Of a stretch of 64,000 nt of DNA, positions 1 to 10,572 are shown piece by piece (position 1 is the stretch's first letter; each line of letters begins with the position of its first letter). Under the pieces are notes generated by a model. The model searched no databases. It was not told the DNA's origin and was given only the letters and a program-made list of their open reading frames with translations. The DNA comes from Ostrea edulis (Eukaryota). The stretch is from positions 3,658,001 to 3,722,000 of the forward strand of contig NC_079165.1 of NCBI RefSeq assembly GCF_947568905.1, read 5' to 3'. Both the position numbers and the translations under genes were made by a program.

Positions 1-2090
1 ATACCATTACACTATTTGAATAATTTCCTTAAAAAAACATAAGATGATGATTGATATACACAAGACCCTGCTCAAAATTTAAAAAATAAAAAAAATAAAA
101 ATTCCTGGGTCTAGATAAGCAAGGGAATTCTAGTAATAGAACAGGAAACGGATACATAACTCACATGTAAGAAGGGGGGAAGGCATACTGTCATTTAGGG
201 GGAAATTCTATACTGGGATGGCTTTTCCTTGGGGCAAAATTGGGCCCGGGTTAATTCTCCCAAGGGGGAAATTCTATGCCAGGCCCATCTTTCCTGGGAG
301 AATGTCTATCCCGGGCCCGTTTTTCCGGGGGAAAAGTCTATGCGGGGGGGGGGGGGGGGATTGTATGCTACGACACCGGCATATATTTATATATGTCTTA
401 TGCTGGATTTTTTCTCTCCTTTCTATCATGAGTTCATATTTGAATACTATTTTACATTTGTTTTGTGCTGTGATTTTTTTCTATTATGTATTCATGTATT
501 TGGTTACTAATTTTAATTACTAATTTTATGTTTTGTATATGTTTTAATGCAGGACCACAATGAAAACTAACTGTATGCTAATTTGTATCATCATGGATAA
601 ATAAAGGCTATTATTATTATTTATTATTATTATCATGTTGTAACATCGATTTTTTGGGGGTTTGAACCAAGAAGTCATTTATTGATGTAAAAGTGATATA
701 ATTTAATTTTTTTTTTTTTTTTGGGTATTCTGTTTCAGAGTGCTCAAGAAACAAAAGTTTATTTGTCCAACGTTTTGTAATATTACCTTTTCCTAGACAC
801 AATAAAACAAATTGCACTGTTTTATTATACAAAGGACAGAATATTATATACTATAGATATACTATATATACAGAAAGATATATAAAATGTTATACATGTA
901 TTATTTTCGTCAATAATATTTTACTAGAAAGCATTGTAAGAATTTCATGTATTTCAACACATAAACATATAGTACTAGAATGATGTGTATTCTTTTAGTG
1001 GATAAATCTTATAAATATGTTTTCTTCATTTACATCATCATTCACGAATTACCTACCCCCACAGAAAAGTGAACATATATTGTTTAGATTTGCATCCTGA
1101 AATACATTTCACACATACAATGTGGCAAATCTGACTACTGATATTTTTCGGGTTTTTTTTCTCTAGAGTGTGAAACATCGTAATTAGGTTTTTTGTCGTC
1201 ATTTTCAGAATCAAAAAATTATTTTCCTTTTAAATTCACTAAGGGGTGGGATACAGAGTTTATAAGAAATCTTTTTTTTGGTCTATAATATAATATGCCT
1301 TGTACCCCATGCAATTACATCAATACAAATAATACGCCCAACCTACTCTTGTAAACATTTTATCGGTATTGCTATCAATATACTGTTACTCAATTTTACA
1401 GAAAGACAATGTTGTAATAGAGCTCACCTTCATTCTTGTTAACTGGAAGGACAAGAACAGCAGGTTTGACGTCCAAACGAGGACGCTAAAGAGGCAATCG
1501 CGTGTCATCATACATGTTGTCACACAAGTTGAGACAAATCCGAAACATATTGTGGTTTCAAGTTTTCAATCAATATGAATTAAACAAACTCGTTCTATTT
1601 TCTAAAACATCTGAAAAACGCGCAAGATATCTATCTTTGTGGAAGTGCTAATATTGAAAAATACTAGTATTCTTAAATCCACGGAAGAATATGAACAAGT
1701 TACGAAGAATGACAAAACCATGCAGAAACCACGTTTTATGTAAGAGGATGATTGATGAAAATAATACGAATGATTTTTTGAAAATATATATTCTCTAGAT
1801 GCTCAAGTATCACAAAGTATCGTGCTTTGTATGGGCAGGTAACTCTGTACTTTCCAATAGAATACATATTATGCGCTACAGAAAGCAATTGGCAATTTGT
1901 CAATTATCTTTTCGCAAGCAGTACATGATATATTAAAAAAATCATCACAATTTTTATGAACTACACCTGTAGTACTGTAAAGTAAGAAAGATTTTCATTT
2001 ATAGGCTATCTCTTTTTTTTTTCTTTTTTTTTTTTTTTTGACAGGATAAATCGCTTATTCCAATTTTGCATGATTCTTAGCTATTGTTGA

Positions 2091-2290
2091 ATATTATATC
2101 ATCACTACTGTAATGTCACAGCAATATTATATCATCACTACTGTAATGTCACAGCAATATTATATCATCACTACTGTAATGTCACAGCAATATTATATCA
2201 TCACTACTGACTGTAATGTCACAACAATATCTTATCATCACTACAGCAATATCATGACAATATCATATCACCACAATAACATCATATCCA
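2091..2290 (+). repeat. 33-bp minisatellite (ATATTATATCATCACTACTGTAATGTCACAGCA), 3 perfect units plus degenerate units
   Basis: Units start at 2091, 2124 and 2157; a variant unit at 2190 has a 4-bp duplication. Confidence 0.93.
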
Positions 2291-2676
2291 GTGGCGGATT
2301 TAAGGGGGGCGCAGCCGGCGCCCCCCCTTAAATTTTCAAATTTAAGGTAAATCGTGGTATCTTGTTTAGAAAAATGTACCAAACGATAAAAGAAGCAATA
2401 ATTTCTTCCACTCCCGGAGAAATAAATAACAAAATCTTTTGATTTCTTGAAATACTTTATTGGGAGAACTTAATTTTTTCCAAAACCTCTTAAAATTTGC
2501 GTCATTTTTATTAATTTCACCTTATAAAAAATGATAGAAAATATTACAAATGGCTAAATAGGAGACATATTTCAAGCTCTATAAAACCTATAATATCCAG
2601 GGCCTCAAGGCGGTCCCCAGACCCCCTGCCTCTTAAAGTGGCGCCCCCTGTAATCACAATTCCTGGATCCGCCCTG
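2289..2676. mobile_element. MITE with CAGTGGCGGAT...ATCCGCCCTG imperfect TIRs (mirror copy at 15448-15838)
   Basis: Ends CAGTGGCGGATTTA and TGGATCCGCCCTG. Same end motif at 21152-21310 and 22593-22838. It abuts and truncates an MT exon-2 remnant. Confidence 0.75.
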
Positions 2677-2679
2677 TAA

Positions 2680-2862
2680 CTCTTCAGTATTCAGACCTCT
2701 GTCCCTCCACTTAGTTCAGAATATACATGTGAATCCGACTTTAAATGCCAGTGGTCACTCTTTTACAGAACTTACAATCAATTAACTTGTATCACTATGC
2801 TTACAATATGTCTTTACTCCTTTCAACAGATTCTTGCGCACACGGAATAGGATGTACCGGAC
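2680..2862 (+). pseudogene. MT: Metallothionein fragment (copy C'): degenerate exon 2, intron, 5' half of exon 3
   Basis: 2680-2753 aligns to MT exon 2 (CAGTATTCAGACCTCTGTCCCTCCACT vs CAGTGTTCAGGCATCTGTCCCTCCACT). Acceptor TTTCAACAG ends at 2829. 2830-2862 reads (D)SCAHGIGCTG, then a foldback TIR follows. Confidence 0.85.
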
Positions 2863-3005
2863 TATTCTCTTTAGAGAAGTCGAGAGGCATAGCCTTCATC
2901 GACTTCTCTTCGCAAGCATTCATGTTTTGATTCTGGAAAACGTGTAAATGCCGGAATCGGTGACGGTTTATGCTTCGACCGACATTTCGACTCAGATGTG
3001 CCTGG
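2863..3005. mobile_element. Truncated TIR (143 bp) of the foldback element at 14661-15261
   Basis: Starts TATTCTCTTTAGAGAAGTCGAGAGG and ends abruptly at the duplication breakpoint. Confidence 0.92.
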
Positions 3006-3724
3006 CACCTTGGGCGTCACCGTCTGTGGTAACTTGCCTATGAGTAATAAGTATTTAATCAGTGATGTTTATCAGAACATGTACTCTGCAAAAGTCAACT
3101 GTACTTTGGTAAAGTTTCTCCGTGAGAAAAGTCTGTCGGACATCATTTTCTCATTTCCATTGACCAGAAACATTTTTGTTATACACATCTATGTCTCAGC
3201 ATTAACTAAGAAATATGATCACTCTTGACAATTAATTTTCTGGAGAAGACGCTATTGATATTATACTGTAGAAATATGCACATTAAACTGAATTTTGTCT
3301 TGAGAGAAGTAATCGCCCCTTGTCCAATTTATAAATGACAATTTTCACAAGGTTCGTTTTTTATTGGGGGGAGGAGGGTATTATGGAAGAAATATTTGCT
3401 ACTTCTATTGATTTATCTATTAAACATTAAACAGTTGATATATAAACAGTTTTTAAAGAATTGATTTTTATTTGTATATGTCTGTAGGTAAACCCTTTAT
3501 TCCTTGTTCCCTATTATTGTACGGTATGAGCCTAATTAAGAAAATACAGCACTTATTACTGTATCATATAACGGCTTTTTAATGAAATATGTTCGAACCG
3601 CTTTGTGAAACTGTGCTACAGCCAGTTCTATCGTAGAAACAGATGCGTTTCTGCTTGACTCCTCCATAACGAGAAACAAGCCTCTTTGACCTACATCTTT
3701 GGAAAGGAATCCTCCATGTATTGT

Positions 3725-3990
3725 CGTTACTAGCTTAAAAATACGGATGTATATTTAATTGCTGGGATAAAATTTAGAAATTCATTTCAAAATTAAGGAT
3801 TATCTCCCGAATGCATAGCTCTTATCCTAGGACAAATTTGGCTGCATTTTGTTTGACACTCTGCTTTTCTTTCAGCTTTTAAAATTTTAATGTTATTTCG
3901 AATTTCCAAAATTTCGGCTTGAGCATCACTGAAGAGACATTATTTATCGAAATACGCATCTAGTGCATAAAAATTGATACAGGATAAGTT
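3725..3990 (+). mobile_element. Degenerate fragment of the hammerhead-bearing repeat family (see 60430-60834)
   Basis: Reverse complement of ~60430-60700 (TACTAGCTTAAAAATACGGATGTATATTTAATTGCTGG...AAAATTAAGGATTATCTCCC...). Confidence 0.85.
3923..3966 (+). ncRNA. Degenerate minimal type I hammerhead ribozyme motif
   Basis: GCATCA-CTGAAGA-GACAttattTATC-GAAA-TACGCA-TC-TAGTGC. Core intact; stem I, stem II and the loop-III palindrome each carry one mismatch. Confidence 0.6.
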
Positions 3991-4404
3991 TGTCGAGATA
4001 GGGGTAAGCAGTTGAAATAGTAAAACATTTTGGTTTTTTTTTGTTCATGTAACGTTATAAGAAATTGAATTTTTCACTTTATATAAGAAAAATTCGTTAA
4101 GCACGCATGCATCATAAAACCCTCTTTATTACATGAATTTGACCCAATGACAACACCTTTTACGTATTTTGACCTATTTCATACATCTTTCAGAGCAGAA
4201 AGAGCTTATCTATGCAACATTAAACAGCAGATTATAAACGAAAGTTTCTTATGCATTCAGTAATAAAAAATATATACTTAAGGTAGTACTCTACATCGTC
4301 ATAATTGTTGACTTCCTTTAAAAACATGGATGACAAAATCGATATCAGCAATATTTGACTTTTCCTTTTCTATTTAAATACCTAGCCGAGTAGCTCAGTG
4401 GGTT

Positions 4405-4590
4405 AGAATACCGAATGCTGAACTGTAGGTCGCAGGTTCGAGTCCAGCAGGGGTTTTAAAATTTTTTCAGATTACCTTCTACTAAAACTGTATTTTTTGA
4501 CAAAATAAAGTAAATTTGAAATTTTTCAACTTCAAAATATTGTTGTACATATCCTCCATTTTTCATCTACATCAAATTTCTCTGGTGTAG
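4405..4590 (+). repeat. 186-bp direct repeat, 5' copy (putative target-site duplication of the Tx1 LINE)
   Basis: AGAATACCGAATGCTG...TTTCTCTGGTGTAG, identical to 9928-10113 except one A/T difference in the AAAA/TTTTTT run. Confidence 0.95.
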
Positions 4591-4783
4591 AGAATATCCC
4601 CTGGGGACTTCCGGTCTACTTGTTGTAGTGAGCACGAGGAAATTTTGTGTGTCGGAAAATTTACCTTTTTGCGTCTACTGTGAGTAGTATATTTGCCGAC
4701 TGCTGTTCTGCAGAAGGCTTTATGTATATATGTTTCAATTTTCTGTGTAAAATAGTTAGACTTTGAGAACATTGTAAATAATT

Positions 4784-5938
4784 GTGCATAAACGTGAGAT
4801 GGCAGCCACGTCGGGTGGCAGCCATCTTGGCGGATCAAACAATTTATTCAAAGACAGAAAGTACTGTCGTGAGAACACTGTGGTTGTAAATGTTAGAGAC
4901 AATTCTCTCATCAAACCCGAGGGAATAATACAATTCGTCAATGAGAACTGTGGTTTGGGGTCTCTTTATGCATATGTGCCTAAATCAGGTAATTTGTATG
5001 AACTTACTCTTGATGGAAAAGCACCAACACAATATTTGCTGGAAGGAATAAGACTTGGCAATGATTTGTTTGAATGTCGTGAAGTTGTACAGACTTCACT
5101 GATTGTTAGTTTTTTACACCTTCCTGCTTACATAGATGATGGAGAGATTGAACAAACTTTAACATCAATGGGTGTTGAATTGCTGTCACCTATTAACAGA
5201 CGATTTTATCCTGGAACTACAATTGCTGACGGAACAAGGTACGTTAGGGTGAAACTACCTCCTCATATGCCCTCTTTTCCATACACTGTGAAATTTCAAA
5301 AGGAGTATCATAGGTGTATTCATAACGGTCAAATGAAAGTGTGTTCGCTGTGTTACGCGAGTGATCATTTATTTAGAGCATGTCCAAAATTTGTGTGCTT
5401 CAAGTGTAAGCAGCAAGGTCACTACGCGAGGGCCTGTAAAAATCACTTGTGTGAGCAGTGTGGTGAATGGACATTTAAATGCCAGTGTTGCATGAGTGAT
5501 CACAGTTCTGAAGAAAACAATGAATTGGAAGTGTCTGAGGTGGAGAAAGAGGACGTGTTAGAGGGTAACACAAATATGGAAACAGAAGAGGCGAACGAAG
5601 GGGTGCAACATGAGAACGAAAATATAGACGAATCACTTATTTGTGCGGAAACAAAACAAAAGAAACATACTGAGACGACAGAAAATCAAATTATTGTGAA
5701 TAAAAACGATAAAGTGAATATGTCTACTAATAAAAATGCCCCTAAGGATGGTGAAAACGAAATTCAAGAACGGGAATTGAATGAAGCCTCTCAAGATTGT
5801 GAAAACATGATTCAAGAGCGGAGTGAGAGTGACTCTAATGTAGGAACAGATTCGGAAAATGAAATCATCATCGTAGAGGGGAAAGGCAAAAGAAAAAAGA
5901 AATTGAAGAAGAAGAGAAACGCAAAAAAGAATAAATGA
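4784..5938 (+). CDS. Tx1 ORF1p, 384 aa, gag-like zinc-knuckle RNA-binding protein
   Basis: Two CX2CX4HX4C knuckles (CSLCYASDHLFRAC, CFKCKQQGHYARAC), a third Cys cluster, an acidic tract and a basic C-terminus; typical Tx1 ORF1 layout. Confidence 0.93.
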   Translation: MHKREMAATSGGSHLGGSNNLFKDRKYCRENTVVVNVRDNSLIKPEGIIQFVNENCGLGSLYAYVPKSGNLYELTLDGKAPTQYLLEGIRLGNDLFECREVVQTSLIVSFLHLPAYIDDGEIEQTLTSMGVELLSPINRRFYPGTTIADGTRYVRVKLPPHMPSFPYTVKFQKEYHRCIHNGQMKVCSLCYASDHLFRACPKFVCFKCKQQGHYARACKNHLCEQCGEWTFKCQCCMSDHSSEENNELEVSEVEKEDVLEGNTNMETEEANEGVQHENENIDESLICAETKQKKHTETTENQIIVNKNDKVNMSTNKNAPKDGENEIQERELNEASQDCENMIQERSESDSNVGTDSENEIIIVEGKGKRKKKLKKKRNAKKNK

Positions 5939-5939
5939 A

Positions 5940-8900
5940 ATGGAAAGAATGGACAAACTCTTATTCTTAATTACAATCATGGTGATAGTAACTTCGTGGA
6001 ACTGTAATGGATTGTGTAATGTAAATAAGATGAAAATGATATTTAGTTTATTGGATGAAAGGAAGTATGATATCATTGGTTTACAAGAAACTCATTGGCG
6101 AGATGACTTCATTGAAAAATATAAACATTTATGGAAAGGAAGTATTATGTACAATAACTCTGAGACGTCGTCAAAGGGTGTAGCTTTTTTGATTAGAAAT
6201 GAATTAAAAGATAATATTCAATATGTAAAAGGGTGCGATGGTAGATTTCTACATATAAAATACAAAGAAAATGATGAAAATTTTGATATTATAAACATAT
6301 ATGCACCTAACGTTGCAAAAGAAAGGGCCAATTTTTTTCAAGATATGTCTAGTATCATTCCATATTCAGTGAATCTTATAATACTAGGTGATTTTAATAA
6401 CACACTTGCAGAGATTGATAGATGTGGTAAGACACGTCATGTATATGACCAGGGTTACAAAGCCCTGTTCAATATGATGAATCAACATGGTGTAGCAGAT
6501 TTATGGAGAAGTAGAAATAGAGGAGAAAAAGTTTTTTCAAGAAAAATGTTAGTAGGAAACATGTTAGTTCAAAGTAGAATAGATTATATTCTAGTTTCAC
6601 ACGTTATAAGAACATATGTTAGAAATATATTTTATGTTGAAACTACACTAAGCGATCATTCGATGGTCGTGATGTACTTGAATAATACTGTTTGTGAAAG
6701 AGGACCAGGGTTGTGGATACATAATAATTTGCTATTGAATGATGATACATATAAAACAAAAATCGTAGAAATTATTGAAAGAGAAAAAAATTGTATATTA
6801 TATGAAAATTCAATGTTGGTGTGGTGGGATAATTTGAAATACAAGCTCAAAAAGTTTTCTCAAAGTTTTAGCAAAACTAGAGCCAGGGAACGAAATAAAG
6901 AATATTATGGTTTACAAAACAAAATGCAAAGAATTTCACAAAATTTAGCAAATGGAGTACAAGTTGATATTGAAAAATATGAAGCAATCAAACAAGAATT
7001 GTCAGATTTTGAAAATGAAAAGTGTCAGGGTGCAATACTTAGATCAAAAGCACAGTGGGCAAATGAATCAGATAAATGCACGAAATATTTTTTGAATTTA
7101 GAAAAACGAAGACAAGAATCAAATTCAGTAAAAGAATTGTTGAGTGACACAGAAGAAATAAAGAAGGATATAGATTCAATTTTAGAAATAGAGTACAATT
7201 TCTATTCTAACTTATATTCATCAGTGCGAATTGACTCTGAAAGTAAGGCACAGTTTTTGTCATATGTGAATAGAAAAATTGAAGAAAATGATAAGGAAAT
7301 GTGTGAAAGGGATATTAACAAAGAAGAAATTGAAACTGCAATCAAGGAAATGGCTAATAATAAAAGCCCAGGATCTGATGGGTTGACTGTTGAATTTTAT
7401 AAAATGTTTTTACCACAATTAAGAGATATTCTACTCAATTTATTTAAAGAAATTAACAGAAAACAAACGATGTCTAACTCTATGAAAATGGGTGTTATTA
7501 CGTTGTTATACAAGAAGAAAGGAGATAAGAAATTGTTGAAAAACTGGAGGCCTATAAGCCTGTTAAATGTAGATTATAAGATAATAGCAAGAGTTATGGC
7601 AAATAGACTGAAACAGGTATTACCAAATATTGTGTCTGAAACACAGACTTGTTGTATAATAGGAAGAGATATTGCAGATACTCTAGTTAGCATTAGAGAT
7701 GTGATTGATATGGTAGAGATGGATAATTTAGAGGGTTATGTGGTTAAAATTGATCAGGAAAAAGCTTTTGATAGAGTGAGTCATGAGTATTTACTTGATG
7801 TATTAGAAGTATTTGGTTTTGGAACCCAATTTAGAAAATGGGTACAGATATTTTATACGGATATATACAGTAGTGTAAAGTGTAATGGACATTTAACAAA
7901 ATATTTTCCTATTAAAAATTCTGTTAGACAAGGTTGCCCAATATCTGCATTATTATATGTTTTATCAGCAGAACCTCTGAATTATGTCATGAAACAAAAT
8001 ACAGTAATAAGAGGCATTCCAATACCAATGTCAGAAAAGAATGGGTTGATGTTTCAACATGCTGATGATACTACAATGACAGTGTGTGACAAAAATTCTG
8101 TTTTTGAAGTTTTCAAAGTATTTGACATGTATGAAAAAGCATCTGGTGCCAAAATAAACATTCACAAGTCTGAAATAATGTGTATAGGAACTGGTAGAAG
8201 TTTTGAACAGGAAAAGATATCATTGAGTGTTTCTGAGACAAGTGTCATGAAAATTCTTGGTATTTATTTTGGCAAAAATGGAGTAGAGTGTGAAAATTTA
8301 AATTGGAGAGACAAAGTTAAAAACATTAAGCAAACTCTTAATTTATGGAGACAGAGATCCTTAGCAGTTCAAGGTAGAGCCACTTTAATTAATACCTTGT
8401 TCATGTCTAAATTATGGTACTCATTGTCAGTTATATCGATTCCACAATGGGCTAGAGACAGTATTCAAAAGGAGTGTACCAATTTTTTATGGAATTTTGG
8501 CTCACACTTGGTATCTTATAAAACAATAATTGGTGAAAAACACAATGGTGGTTTGAAAATAGCTGATATCTATCTAAAAATGTTATCATTTAGACTAAAG
8601 TTTCTTGCAAAGCACTTTTGTTGTAATAAAGATTTTCTGTGGAAACATATTTTTAGATATTTCCTATCAAAGATTCAAAATTTAGGAGCAGGAATGGAGA
8701 TATTTTTACTACAGTTTAAGAAAACAGATTTAGAGGGTCTACCACAGTTTTACAATGAATTATTTTGTGCATGGTATGCCATAAAAGATTATATCATTGT
8801 TACAGAAAAAGAAAATGATGTTTTTAATTATTGTCTGTTTTTTAATCCGAAAGTACAAAGAAGAAACAAAATGTTGAATTGGAAAGATTTTATTAGTGCT

Positions 8901-9314
8901 AGTATTACACATGTCAAGGATATTTCATATGAAGTAATTCCGGGATTTTTACCAATATCATGTATTGTGGAGATTTTTCAAGAACAAAATTCAGAGGTAA
9001 ATGTCTCACTGATTACAAAAAATTATAAGGATTTGTTATTATCTATTCCAGAAGAATGGAAAAATTATGTTCATGAAAATGAGTACAAAAGAACATGCTT
9101 TCAGCCAAATTTTGATATTTCATATAGAGATCAAAGGATAGTGTTCCAATCCGGTACAGTACAAATATTTTATAATTTGTTAGTTCAAAAAATGTTTCAA
9201 GAACCGGTGTCAAATATTTATTGGCGAGATAAACTTGATATGAATGATAAATCATCCATTGAAAAGCGATGGGAAACGGTATGGGTGTTATACAAAACAC
9301 CAGATATTACTTAA
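5940..9314 (+). CDS. Tx1 ORF2p: APE endonuclease plus reverse transcriptase (1124 aa, ends at premature TAA)
   Basis: APE motifs SWNCNGL, LQETHW, GDFN, SRIDY, LSDH. RT motifs KSPGSDG, NWRPISLLNVDYK, IDQEKAFDRV, VRQGCPIS, FQHADD. Confidence 0.96.
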   Translation: MERMDKLLFLITIMVIVTSWNCNGLCNVNKMKMIFSLLDERKYDIIGLQETHWRDDFIEKYKHLWKGSIMYNNSETSSKGVAFLIRNELKDNIQYVKGCDGRFLHIKYKENDENFDIINIYAPNVAKERANFFQDMSSIIPYSVNLIILGDFNNTLAEIDRCGKTRHVYDQGYKALFNMMNQHGVADLWRSRNRGEKVFSRKMLVGNMLVQSRIDYILVSHVIRTYVRNIFYVETTLSDHSMVVMYLNNTVCERGPGLWIHNNLLLNDDTYKTKIVEIIEREKNCILYENSMLVWWDNLKYKLKKFSQSFSKTRARERNKEYYGLQNKMQRISQNLANGVQVDIEKYEAIKQELSDFENEKCQGAILRSKAQWANESDKCTKYFLNLEKRRQESNSVKELLSDTEEIKKDIDSILEIEYNFYSNLYSSVRIDSESKAQFLSYVNRKIEENDKEMCERDINKEEIETAIKEMANNKSPGSDGLTVEFYKMFLPQLRDILLNLFKEINRKQTMSNSMKMGVITLLYKKKGDKKLLKNWRPISLLNVDYKIIARVMANRLKQVLPNIVSETQTCCIIGRDIADTLVSIRDVIDMVEMDNLEGYVVKIDQEKAFDRVSHEYLLDVLEVFGFGTQFRKWVQIFYTDIYSSVKCNGHLTKYFPIKNSVRQGCPISALLYVLSAEPLNYVMKQNTVIRGIPIPMSEKNGLMFQHADDTTMTVCDKNSVFEVFKVFDMYEKASGAKINIHKSEIMCIGTGRSFEQEKISLSVSETSVMKILGIYFGKNGVECENLNWRDKVKNIKQTLNLWRQRSLAVQGRATLINTLFMSKLWYSLSVISIPQWARDSIQKECTNFLWNFGSHLVSYKTIIGEKHNGGLKIADIYLKMLSFRLKFLAKHFCCNKDFLWKHIFRYFLSKIQNLGAGMEIFLLQFKKTDLEGLPQFYNELFCAWYAIKDYIIVTEKENDVFNYCLFFNPKVQRRNKMLNWKDFISASITHVKDISYEVIPGFLPISCIVEIFQEQNSEVNVSLITKNYKDLLLSIPEEWKNYVHENEYKRTCFQPNFDISYRDQRIVFQSGTVQIFYNLLVQKMFQEPVSNIYWRDKLDMNDKSSIEKRWETVWVLYKTPDIT

Positions 9315-9839
9315 CTGGATTTCAAAAATTTTCACAATATTATATTTACATATGAGAAACTTTTTAAGATAGGGAAGTCTGATTCTAAAATATGTCCAAT
9401 TTGTATGCTAGAATGCGAGGATATAATGCATTTATTTATTAGATGTAAAGAGTTGGCTGAATTTAAGAACAATTTTGTTATTTATCATCTTGAATCGTTA
9501 TTGAAAGATTGTGAAAGTGAAGTTTTTAACAGATTAAACTTTGAAGAAATATTCATGACAGCATTACATAAGGGTATCAAAAACGTGAATGTATTTTTTG
9601 TAAATTATTTTATATCAGTATGCAGATTTTGTATTTATAGAAGAAGACAGATTTTTTTGCAAAGTGAAAAAAAAATAGATATTGAAAGGCTTTGTAGATA
9701 TACATTGAGACATTACATTACTTATAACCATTATCAATTGACTGTTTTAGAAAAGAAAATGAACCTGTTTAAAAAGTTTTTCTTACATAGAAATCCTCTA
9801 TTGAAAGAAACAGAGGGAATATTATTGTTCATATTTTAG
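9315..9839 (+). pseudogene. In-frame continuation of ORF2 after the nonsense codon (zf-RVT-like CCHC domain)
   Basis: Same frame as 5940: LDFKNFHNIIFTYEKL...CPICMLECEDIMHLFIRC...LLFIF*. Confidence 0.9.
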
Positions 9840-9927
9840 ATACAAAGTGTTTTAAATGTGATTGTAACTGATGATTAGTCTGTGATATCTGTTTAAATGT
9901 TAATCAATAAAAGAGAAAAAAAAAAAA

Positions 9928-10113
9928 AGAATACCGAATGCTGAACTGTAGGTCGCAGGTTCGAGTCCAGCAGGGGTTTTAAATTTTTTTCAGATTACCT
10001 TCTACTAAAACTGTATTTTTTGACAAAATAAAGTAAATTTGAAATTTTTCAACTTCAAAATATTGTTGTACATATCCTCCATTTTTCATCTACATCAAAT
10101 TTCTCTGGTGTAG
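9928..10113 (+). repeat. 186-bp direct repeat, 3' copy
   Basis: Begins immediately after the LINE poly(A) and continues into the host element's natural end CATACCTCCTTAA. Confidence 0.95.
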
Positions 10114-10134
10114 CATACCTCCTTAAGCGCGTGA

Positions 10135-10282
10135 GAGATCCATCCCTGCTCCAACGCCGTAAGCGCCGAGCATATAAGCCTAAATTGTGCAGCCCTTCAT
10201 CGGCAATGGTGAAGTCTTCATATGACTGAGTGAAAAAATTCTTGAGCGCGACGTTAAACATATACAAGAAACCAACCAACAA
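10135..10282 (+). mobile_element. 5'-truncated SINE tail (family shared with 13624, 14403, 19420, 28660, 52994)
   Basis: CCCTGCTC...GTAAGCGCCGAGCAT...GCAGCCCTTCATCGGCAATGGTGA...ACGTTAAACA followed by a (CAAC)n tail. Confidence 0.8.
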
Positions 10283-10572
10283 TTTTCAACATTTTTTAAA
10301 ACCCTTTTATCAAACTCAGCTAGGAAGAATCTGGGTTTATTCCAATTGTTTGACTTTTCAAGTATATTTCATCTACTGGCGCCAACCACATGCATCTTTA
10401 AATAACAACACATAAGAACTCTGTACTTTTAATTTCAATTATTTATTTCATGAACAAAAACACAGATTGTATAAAAAAAAAATGAAAATCTGGATAATGA
10501 TCAACATTATGCATTTATTGTTAGTACACTATTTACAAATGAATGATGTCTTTTCATGCAATCATTTATTCA

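Larger units (their letters stand above)
1..3005 (+). repeat. Left arm of ~3-kb inverted duplication (may extend beyond window start)
   Basis: Position 1 ATACCATTACACTATTTGAATAATTTCC is the reverse complement of 18121-18148. Similarity continues to 3005 (AGATGTGCCTGG), matching 15119. The ORF track shows mirrored ORFs (218+/17605-, 617-/17323+, 1369+/16575-, 2745+/15194-). Confidence 0.96.
4591..9927 (+). mobile_element. Full-length non-LTR retrotransposon, L1 group, Tx1 clade
   Basis: 5' UTR, ORF1 with zinc knuckles, ORF2 (APE-RT-zinc finger), 3' UTR with AATAAA at 9906-9911, poly(A) at ~9916-9927. Confidence 0.95.
4278..10126 (+). mobile_element. Non-autonomous DNA-type element with TTAAGG...CCTTAA ends and internal tRNA-like A/B boxes; host of the Tx1 insertion
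   Basis: Starts TTAAGGTAGTACTCTAC and ends GTAGCATACCTCCTTAA. A-box TAGCTCAGTGG at 4391-4401, B-box GGTTCGAGTCC at 4435-4445. Uninterrupted relatives at ~34775-35010 (-) and ~36175-36420 (+). Resemblance to oyster non-autonomous Crypton-type repeats is from memory and unverified. Confidence 0.7.

Noticed and set aside
218-2331. Short ORFs in the arms (218+, 229+, 617-, 1369+, 2113+ and their mirrors) as genes
   Set aside because: They run through homopolymers, minisatellites and MITEs; duplication explains their recurrence; no motifs.
4385-4452. Functional tRNA gene
   Set aside because: A and B boxes are present but I found no convincing acceptor stem. It lies within a dispersed repeat with decayed relatives.
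5633-6076. Antisense ORFs within the LINE (5633-, 6656-, 9043-)
   Set aside because: Shadow frames of the A-rich coding strand.
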